Position numbers and translations under genes: made by a program. The notes under the pieces are model-generated. The model did no database searches, had not been told where the DNA came from, and was given only the letters and a program-made list of their open reading frames with translations. 64,000 bases of DNA from an uncultured Gemmatimonadaceae bacterium (GTDB taxonomy: Bacteria; Gemmatimonadota; Gemmatimonadetes; Gemmatimonadales; Gemmatimonadaceae), in contig CAWJMB010000002.1 of the NCBI GenBank assembly GCA_963843845.1, positions 192,001 to 256,000 of the forward strand, given 5' to 3'. Below are positions 57,414-64,000 of the stretch, piece after piece. How positions within the stretch are numbered: position 1 is the stretch's first letter; each line of letters opens with the position of its first letter.

Positions 57414-57841
57414 ATCAGGTCGTCGACCGCTTCATCGACCGCCTGCGTGACGACCCGGCCTTCGGCTCCGCGCGCGCCCTCTCCCGCGCACACCTCGAGG
57501 ATCACACCCTGAGCCTCCTCGCGGCGATCGTCCACTCGCTCGCCGCCGTCGAAGAGACGAGCGGGATCTCGGCCGAGCTGTCGCACGAGGGCGGGTCGAT
57601 CCTCGACCACATCGCCTTCCAGCGCGGCGCGCAACGCTGCCGACTCGGCTGGTCTGTCGCGATGGTGGAGCGTGAATGCGCGCTGTTGCACGACACGGTG
57701 CACGCAGCGGCGTGCGCGCAGTCGCCGGAGCCGTGCAGCGCGGACAGCGTCACGCTCGACGTGCTCGGCCGGCTCCTCGATCGTGCCCGAGCCGCGACGA
57801 TGCGTGGATACCGGCACGGGTGCCGGTTCACGACCTCGTAA
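57410..57841 (+). CDS. RsbRD-N-like helical domain, probably the frameshifted C-terminus of the kinase
   Basis: HLEDH..HIAFQRGAQR.RLGW; frame stays protein-like upstream to the poly-C tract. Confidence 0.6.
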   Translation: MNQVVDRFIDRLRDDPAFGSARALSRAHLEDHTLSLLAAIVHSLAAVEETSGISAELSHEGGSILDHIAFQRGAQRCRLGWSVAMVERECALLHDTVHAAACAQSPEPCSADSVTLDVLGRLLDRARAATMRGYRHGCRFTTS

Positions 57842-57893
57842 CGACGAGCCCGCAGTCGGTGGCGACCGGCGTCTGGCGGACCGCGCGACCCTG

Positions 57894-58487
57894 ATGCCCC
57901 TCTTCGCGCAGGCACTGGCTCTCGCCTGGGCGTCGGGCGTCAGCGTCTACGCGACAGTCGCCATACTCGGCGTCGCGACTCGATTGGGGTGGATCGGGGC
58001 GTTGCCGGCGCCGCTCGACGGGGTCGGCGACGTGTGGGTCATCGCGCTCGCCGGCACACTCTACCTCTTCGAGTTCCTCGCCACCTCGGTGCCGGGGATC
58101 GCGTCGCTGTGGGAGACGTTCCACACACTCGTGCGGCCGATCGCCGGCGCGGCGCTCGCGGCGGGCACGGTCTGGCAGGCCGACCCGCGGCTCACCCTCG
58201 CCGCGGCGCTCGTCGGCGGCACGCTCGCCCTCGGCACGCACGCGACGAAGGCGGGGCTGCGCTACGCGATCGACACGAGCCCCGAGCCGTTCACGAACGG
58301 CGCGGCGAACGTCGCGGAGCTCGGCATGGTCGCCACGGTGGCCCTCGTCGCGTGGCACCATCCGTACGTCGCGCTGAGCGTCGCGATCGCCCTGCTGATC
58401 GCCGGGCTGCTCGTCGTGCGCGCACTCTGGCGCACGGTGCGTCGAGCGGTGGGACGGGCGCTCGGACGGTCGCGCGCGGCGTCGTGA
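57894..58487 (+). CDS. DUF4126 membrane protein
   Basis: LAWASGVSVYA..EFLA..PG..W..HT.VRP..SPEPF.N. Confidence 0.85.
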   Translation: MPLFAQALALAWASGVSVYATVAILGVATRLGWIGALPAPLDGVGDVWVIALAGTLYLFEFLATSVPGIASLWETFHTLVRPIAGAALAAGTVWQADPRLTLAAALVGGTLALGTHATKAGLRYAIDTSPEPFTNGAANVAELGMVATVALVAWHHPYVALSVAIALLIAGLLVVRALWRTVRRAVGRALGRSRAAS

Positions 58488-58564
58488 ACGGGCGGGCGGG
58501 CCGGCGCGGCGCGCGGTGATGCCGCGGTGATGCCGCGGTGACGCCGTCGGCATCGCGCCCGGAC

Positions 58565-58837
58565 TCATCGCCGCAGCGCCAGCGCGATCCGCGCTCGGAG
58601 CCGGTCGTCGTTCACCGAGTCGGACGGCGGAGTCGACCCGGCGAGTGCACTCTGCAACTCGCGCGCGAACAGGAAGTGCGGCGGGCACTGCTCGCAGACG
58701 GCGAGATGCGCCTCGACTTCCTCGGCGCGTGGCGCCGTGAGGCGCCTGTCGAGATAGTCCCACAGGCGGCGTACCGCTGTCACGCAGTCGATCGGCGCAG
58801 CCGGCCCGTCGAGGGGAGGGAAGGAACGAGATGTCAT
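58565..58837 (-). CDS. Zinc-binding anti-sigma factor (zf-HC2)
   Basis: C..LWDYLD..HLAVCEQC; ATGA overlap with sigma. Confidence 0.9.
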   Translation of the reverse strand: MTSRSFPPLDGPAAPIDCVTAVRRLWDYLDRRLTAPRAEEVEAHLAVCEQCPPHFLFARELQSALAGSTPPSDSVNDDRLRARIALALRR

Positions 58838-59394
58838 GATCGGGTCACCTGGAGACCAGCATCGCGCGCATAGTCGAAGAGCAAGTCTTGGAGCAGCCGG
58901 CGCCCGCGGAACAGTCGGGATCGCACCGTCCCGACCGCGACGTCCAGCACCTCGGCGGCTTCCTCGTAGCTCAGCCCTTCGACGTCGACGAGCACGACGG
59001 CGGCGCGATAGTAGGGAGCGAGTGTGGCGAGCGCCCGGTCGATCGCCTGTGCGAGGTCCAGCCGTTCGAGCGTGTGGATGGCGCCGGAGCGGAGCGCCTG
59101 ACTGTGCGCGGCGGCGGTCGCGAGCGACTCGAGCTCCGGGTCGTCGTCGGGCGCGTCGACGTAGCGCGCTTCGCGCCGCGTGGTGCGGAGGAAGGCGTGG
59201 TGACAGACCGAGAGCAGCCACCGCCTCGGGTCGGCGCCGTCGTGGAACGTGTGCCACCCGCGCAGCGCCTGCAGATACGTCTCCTGTACGAGGTCGTCGG
59301 CGCGCGGCGCATCGCGCGTCAGCGAGCGGGCGAAGCGCGCCACGTCGGCGAGGTGCGGCATCGTCAGTCGCTCGAACGCGCTGTCGTCAGTCAC
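58834..59394 (-). CDS. ECF sigma-70 factor
   Basis: ADDLVQETYLQA..WL; EGLSYEEAAEVL..GTVRSRLFRGR. Confidence 0.93.
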   Translation of the reverse strand: MTDDSAFERLTMPHLADVARFARSLTRDAPRADDLVQETYLQALRGWHTFHDGADPRRWLLSVCHHAFLRTTRREARYVDAPDDDPELESLATAAAHSQALRSGAIHTLERLDLAQAIDRALATLAPYYRAAVVLVDVEGLSYEEAAEVLDVAVGTVRSRLFRGRRLLQDLLFDYARDAGLQVTRS

Positions 59395-59547
59395 GGTCGG
59401 GCTGAAGTCGGAACGGAACGATCGACGAGAACGCCGATCGCATCGGCGCGAACGATCCGCGGCGGCGCGGGCCACGTCCATCGTCACGAGCGATCATAGC
59501 CGTACCATTACAAGTTCGTTCCCGCGACGGCCGTCTGCGCGTCGGGA

Positions 59548-60498
59548 TCAGATCGTCATGACAGTCGACCGCCCGGTCCGCCGTACGGTCAGCGACAGGG
59601 CGTCGGGGCGACTGTAGTGGCCGGTGACGTCGAGCGTCATGCGCTCCTCGCGCACGCGCGCGAGGTCGAGGTCGGCGATCAGGAGTCGCGCCTCGTCGTA
59701 GACCGGCTCGACGACGTAGCGCCCGTCCGGGCCGACGATCGCGCTGCCGCCGCGCAGCACGAACTGCTCGGCGCTCGTCACGCGGTCGGGGTGCGGCTCG
59801 AGCTCCGGCGGCAGCGAACTGGCGCGGAGTAGGGAGCCCGCGGCGAGCACGTAGCACCGTCCCTCGAACGCGTACTGTCGGCTCGCGACCTGATGCATCT
59901 CGTGAACGGTCGGCCAGAGCGCGGCGTGCACGTCCTCGCCCGACTCGTGCAGCGCCTGACGCGCGAGCGGCATCCAGTGCTCCCAGCAGACGAGCGCGCC
60001 CACCCGCGCCCCGTCGACCGCCACGGCGCGCAGCCCGTCGGCGTCGCCCGGCCCCCACACCAGCCGCTCGGTATACGTCGGCACCAGCTTGCGGTGGTGA
60101 TTGCGGAGGCCGCCGTCGGCTCCGACGGTGAGAATGGTGTTGTAGAGGGTGCCGCGCCCCACCCCCTCGTCCACGCGCTCGACGACGCCCACGACGAGCG
60201 TCACCTCCGCGTCGACCGCGATCGATCGCAGCGCGTCGAACGCCGCGCCCGGCACGCTCACACTCTCCGCGGCCATGCGGGCGTAGACGGCTTTGACCGG
60301 AGGATGGTCCCACAGTCCGGCGTCGCGACAGACGTCGAGCCACGCCGGATAGCCGGGAAGCCACGTCTCGGGAAAGACGACGAGGCGGGCGCCGGCGTGC
60401 GCCGCCTCGCGCGCGAGCGCCGCCGTGCGCTCCAGCCCGGACGCGAGGTCGGCGGCGACTTCGGCCTGCGCGACGGCGACGCGCAACAGTGTGGACAT
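59548..60498 (-). CDS. Nitrilase (carbon-nitrogen hydrolase)
   Basis: FPE, HRKLVPT and CWEH triad motifs; DVTGHYSRPD. Confidence 0.94.
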   Translation of the reverse strand: MSTLLRVAVAQAEVAADLASGLERTAALAREAAHAGARLVVFPETWLPGYPAWLDVCRDAGLWDHPPVKAVYARMAAESVSVPGAAFDALRSIAVDAEVTLVVGVVERVDEGVGRGTLYNTILTVGADGGLRNHHRKLVPTYTERLVWGPGDADGLRAVAVDGARVGALVCWEHWMPLARQALHESGEDVHAALWPTVHEMHQVASRQYAFEGRCYVLAAGSLLRASSLPPELEPHPDRVTSAEQFVLRGGSAIVGPDGRYVVEPVYDEARLLIADLDLARVREERMTLDVTGHYSRPDALSLTVRRTGRSTVMTI

Positions 60499-60536
60499 GA
60501 CGGGAACTGTACGCGGCCGACCCGTCTACGTGCAGC

Positions 60537-61262
60537 ATGAGCTTCACCGACCTCGGCGCCTCGCTCGCCACGCAGCCGGCACTCGCCCTCCCCCTCGTCT
60601 TCGCCGGCGGCGTCCTGACGAGCCTCACGCCGTGCATCTACCCGATGATCCCGATCACGGCGGCGGTCGTCGGCGGACACTCGGTCGCCGCCGGCGTGCC
60701 CTCGACACAGCCCCGCCGGCGCACCGTCGCGCTGACGTTCGCCTACGTGCTCGGGCTGTCGCTCGCCTACGCCTCGCTCGGGCTGATCGCCGGGCTGACC
60801 GGGACGCTGTTCGGGGGGATCAGCACGAATCCGTGGCTCTACCTGCTCATGGCGAACCTGCTGCTCGCCTTCGGGCTCATGCTGCTCGACGTGCTGCCCG
60901 TGCCCGTGCCGCAGCGGCTGCTCGCGCGCGCCGCGTCGCTCGAGACCGGCGGCCGTCTGGCCGGCGCGTTCGTCATGGGCGCGGCGTCGGGGCTCGTCGC
61001 GGCGCCGTGCGGCGCGCCGGTCTTCGCGGCGGTGCTCACCTTCGTCGCGGCGACGCACAGCGCGGTGCTCGGCTTCGCCTACCTGTTCGTGTTCTCGTTG
61101 GGCATGTGCACGCTGCTCGTCGTCGTCGGACTCGCCGCCGGGGGCGCCGTGCGGCTGCCGCGCGCCGGCGCGTGGATGGTGTGGGTCAAACGCGCCATGG
61201 CCGCTCTCATGTTCGGCGCCGCTCAGTACTACCTCGTGCAGATGGGACAGCTCGTCGTCTGA
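60537..61262 (+). CDS. ccdA: CcdA/DsbD-type transmembrane thiol-disulfide transporter
   Basis: SLTPCIYPMIP and AAPCGAP motifs. Confidence 0.9.
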   Translation: MSFTDLGASLATQPALALPLVFAGGVLTSLTPCIYPMIPITAAVVGGHSVAAGVPSTQPRRRTVALTFAYVLGLSLAYASLGLIAGLTGTLFGGISTNPWLYLLMANLLLAFGLMLLDVLPVPVPQRLLARAASLETGGRLAGAFVMGAASGLVAAPCGAPVFAAVLTFVAATHSAVLGFAYLFVFSLGMCTLLVVVGLAAGGAVRLPRAGAWMVWVKRAMAALMFGAAQYYLVQMGQLVV

Positions 61263-61313
61263 GCCGTCGTCGCTCGCCCGGATTTCATCAGTCCTCTCAC
61301 CCGCTCACACACC

Positions 61314-61913
61314 ATGTCCGTACAGACGCTTCAACGCCCCACGCAGTCGGCACCGACAGTCGGACGCCGCGTCGCGTCGACAGTCGCGAGAGTCGCGACG
61401 CTCTTGACGGCCGCCACGACGACTGTGGTCGCGACTGTCGCGATGCTCACGGTCGCCGCCCCGTCCGCGCACGCGCAGGAAGGGATCGCGGTCGGCGCCG
61501 TCGCCCCGGCGGCCGCCGTCGTCACACTCGACGGGCGGGCGATCGACCTCGCGCAGTACCTTGGCAAAGGCCCCGTCGTGCTCGAGTTCTGGGCGACCTG
61601 GTGCCCGCTGTGCAAGAAGCTCGAGCCGTCGATGGCGGCGGCGCGCGAGAAGTACGCGGGGCGGGCGACGTTCGTCTCGGTCGGCGTGCCGAACAACCAG
61701 ACCCCCGAGCGTCAGAAGGCGTTCGCCGAGGAGCGGCACATCGGCGGGGAGTTCGTGTTCGACCGCGACAGCAAGGCCGTCGGCGCCTACAAGGTGCCGC
61801 ACACGTCGTACGTCGTCGTGGTCGACCGCGCCGGCACGGTCGTCTACACCGGCGTCGGCGGCGAGCAGGACATCGTCGCGGCCGTCGCGAAGGCGCTGCC
61901 GGGCGGGAAGTAG
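61314..61913 (+). CDS. TlpA-family thioredoxin-like protein
   Basis: FWATWCPLC; follows ccdA. Confidence 0.9.
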   Translation: MSVQTLQRPTQSAPTVGRRVASTVARVATLLTAATTTVVATVAMLTVAAPSAHAQEGIAVGAVAPAAAVVTLDGRAIDLAQYLGKGPVVLEFWATWCPLCKKLEPSMAAAREKYAGRATFVSVGVPNNQTPERQKAFAEERHIGGEFVFDRDSKAVGAYKVPHTSYVVVVDRAGTVVYTGVGGEQDIVAAVAKALPGGK

Positions 61914-61944
61914 CGCGCGTCCGCGCCGCCCGACGACCGAGCGG

Positions 61945-62895
61945 CTACCGCCCGTCCCGCGCCTGGACGTGCGTCGCCGCCTGCTGCACGAACTGTCGCG
62001 CCCCGTCGGGCAGCGTCACCGTGATCGTCGTGCGCACGTCGCCGTCGAGGCGCGTCAGTCGCCCGACGGTCGCGTCGAGTTCGATCGTCGCGCTCCCGAC
62101 GCCGGCGCCGCTCACGGTGACGCTGCGTCCGCCGGCGATCCCGCCTCCTCGCACTGTCGTCGTCACGTCGCGCCGCAGCCGCACCCGCGTGCCGTCGATC
62201 GCGATGACCTGATAGCTCGCCACCGTCGTCACGGTCGCCGGCACGGGTCCTCGGCAGGTGAGCGTCGTCGTACTGTCGCGCCACCGGGCGGCGACGGTGA
62301 GCGACGCCGGAACCGGGACGACTGTCTCGCGCGCCGCGGCGAGCGCCGCCTGCTGCGCCGCGCCCTCGGTGCTGAGGCAGCCGAGTACGGGGCTGTCGGC
62401 GTCGACGCGAGCCGTGCGCGCGTCTGCCACACCGCGGAAGCGTACCGGAGTCGGCGCCGGCTGCGGCGGCGTCGCGCCGGCGATGCGCTGCGAGCTCTGC
62501 ACGGCGAGCCCCGCGACCTGCCCATTGAACGTCACGGTGCGCGACGCAGTCGCGAGCACGTAGTCGACGCGCGCCGCCGACGCGACCGTCTCGCGCCCTC
62601 GTTCGCCGGCCGGGCCGGCGGTCATCTCGACCGTCGCGTCCGTGCGCACGTCGTAGCTCGCGGCGCCCGGGAGCAGCGCGAACCGCACCGTCGCCGAGCT
62701 GCCGGCACTCGACGACCCTGTCGCGGAGGTGGCTGGGGCCGGCACTGTCGTCGGGGGCGACGCTGACGCACCGGGCGCAGCAGTCGGCGCCGACGTCGGC
62801 GCCGGGAGCGCCGGGGGCGGGACCGCTCGTCCGGCACACGCCGCGACCGTACCGCCGAGCGCGGCGACGACGACGGAACGGCAGCGGCAGAGCAT
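61945..62895 (-). CDS. Hypothetical lipoprotein
   Basis: VAAC lipobox, Pro/Ala linker, beta-rich domain. Confidence 0.65.
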   Translation of the reverse strand: MLCRCRSVVVAALGGTVAACAGRAVPPPALPAPTSAPTAAPGASASPPTTVPAPATSATGSSSAGSSATVRFALLPGAASYDVRTDATVEMTAGPAGERGRETVASAARVDYVLATASRTVTFNGQVAGLAVQSSQRIAGATPPQPAPTPVRFRGVADARTARVDADSPVLGCLSTEGAAQQAALAAARETVVPVPASLTVAARWRDSTTTLTCRGPVPATVTTVASYQVIAIDGTRVRLRRDVTTTVRGGGIAGGRSVTVSGAGVGSATIELDATVGRLTRLDGDVRTTITVTLPDGARQFVQQAATHVQARDGR

Positions 62896-62980
62896 ACGAG
62901 ATCTGCGAACCTGGGTGCGAACGAAGTCCGAGCGAATCGCTGCGGGTCCCTCGGCGCACGCGTCCGACGCGCACCGAGGA

Positions 62981-63399
62981 GGGTCAACGGCCTGTAAGCC
63001 GGGTCCTGTTGGACTCGATGGTCCGAGTCCAGACGGTCATTTCTCTCCGACGCCGATCGCTCGGCGCCTCTAGCAGCCTACCCGCGGCTGCACCGACGGC
63101 AGAATGCTACCTCCCGCCGGTGTGGTCGAGACGGGCCGTCTCTCACCGCCTATTTGGCCTTGCTCCGACTGGGGTTTGCCGTGCCGCACTCGTTACCGAG
63201 CGCGCGGTGGGCTCTTACCCCACCGTTTCACCCGTGCCTGATCTCCCCGAGCGAGCCCGGAAAGCCATCGGCGGTCTGTTCTCTGTGGCACTGTCCGTCG
63301 CACACCCGAAGGAGTGCGCCCAGGCGTTACCTGGCAGCCTGCCCTGTGGAGCCCGGACTTTCCTCGAGCCGAAGCTCGCGACCGTCCGGCCGTTGACCC
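62981..63399 (-). ncRNA. rnpB: RNase P RNA (type A)
   Basis: GAGGAAAGTCCGGGC near 5' end, GGTAAGAGCCCACC, and ACCCGGCTTA near 3' end; termini GGGTCAACGGCC / GGCCGTTGACCC pair as P1. Confidence 0.97.
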
Positions 63400-63406
63400 C
63401 ACGCGC

Positions 63407-63412
63407 AATCTA
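63407..63412 (-). promoter_or_regulatory. Candidate -10 box of rnpB
   Basis: TAGATT about 7 nt upstream of P1. Confidence 0.5.
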
Positions 63413-63715
63413 ACGGTTCTCGACGCATCGAGGATCTGTTCCCGGTCGGTGCCCCGTCGGTCCAGCGCGCGCACCGTGCGGACAGCTCCACGATGGCGTC
63501 GCGTCACCACGCTCGCCGAACGCACAGACACCGGCGAGAACGCGACGCTCGGCCGCGACCTCGCCACGCGCACGTGACGATTGCTCGCATTCACGCGCGC
63601 GCCATCCCGCGCCCATGACGCCACCGCACGAGGAGGCGCCGACGATCGTGTGACGCCGCCCTCGTAGGCTCGGTGCGGCTTCGATCGTTCGCGTTCTGCC
63701 ACCTCGGAGGGTTCC

Positions 63716-64000
63716 GTGCTCTCGCTCACGTCGACGTCCGCTCCCATCGTCTCCCGTGCCCCAGCCGTGCGTTCGCCGCTCCACGCGCCGCCGATCGCCA
63801 CACTCCTCACGCCAGACGAGCGCATGCGCGTCGACGCCGCGGGTCAGGGGCTCTACGTAACGCTGCACCGCGAGTCGCTCGACGAGCTGCTGCGCGATCT
63901 GCGCCGTCGTCCGGTGTCTGCCGTGCTGCTGTCCGCTGAATCGGTCGCGCGGGGTGGCGGGAGTTCGGTCGCGCGGGTGGCCGAGCTCGTGCGCGGGTTT
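63716..64000 (+). CDS. Hypothetical protein, 5' part (possibly a regulator)
   Basis: GGAGG RBS then GTG; open frame ..ATLLTPDERMRVDAAGQGLYVTLHRESLDELL.. to window edge. Confidence 0.7.
   Translation, partial: MLSLTSTSAPIVSRAPAVRSPLHAPPIATLLTPDERMRVDAAGQGLYVTLHRESLDELLRDLRRRPVSAVLLSAESVARGGGSSVARVAELVRGF

Noticed and set aside
63009..63413. ORFs overlapping rnpB
   Set aside because: The region is fully explained by the RNase P RNA

Overview
Very GC-rich bacterial DNA; gene style suggests Gemmatimonadota (inference). (1) 1-18.5 kb, minus strand: an extracellular contractile injection system (eCIS/Afp-like) operon that runs off the left edge. It encodes Pvc16/DUF4255, two sheaths, two gp19 tubes, a tube initiator, a split gpD/gpV spike, gp25, baseplate J and a tail-I/beta-propeller fusion, and is headed by a LuxR regulator and a pseudo-receiver. 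Unusual features: a predicted membrane protein where PAAR often sits, and Gly/Ala/Ser hexapeptide repeats inside structural subunits. (2) 18.9-28 kb: ECF sigma modules, CDF transporter and hydrolases. (3) 28-33.8 kb: SPFH-SpeD-2xDUF4178-DUF350-membrane SpeE polyamine module; its probable FAD-oxidase partner lies 13.5 kb downstream. (4) The intervening DNA starts with an integrase-less integron cassette array (attI-like site, Ser/Thr kinase cassette, MazEF cassette, two 97-bp attC sites). It continues with an IS-end remnant, a TonB receptor and an HNH nuclease. (5) 49-64 kb: metabolic and regulatory genes and the RNase P RNA gene. Several genes carry clustered frameshifts, most likely assembly errors. 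The octamer CGTTAGGC recurs across the window. All calls are from reading motifs by eye; no database searches were run.
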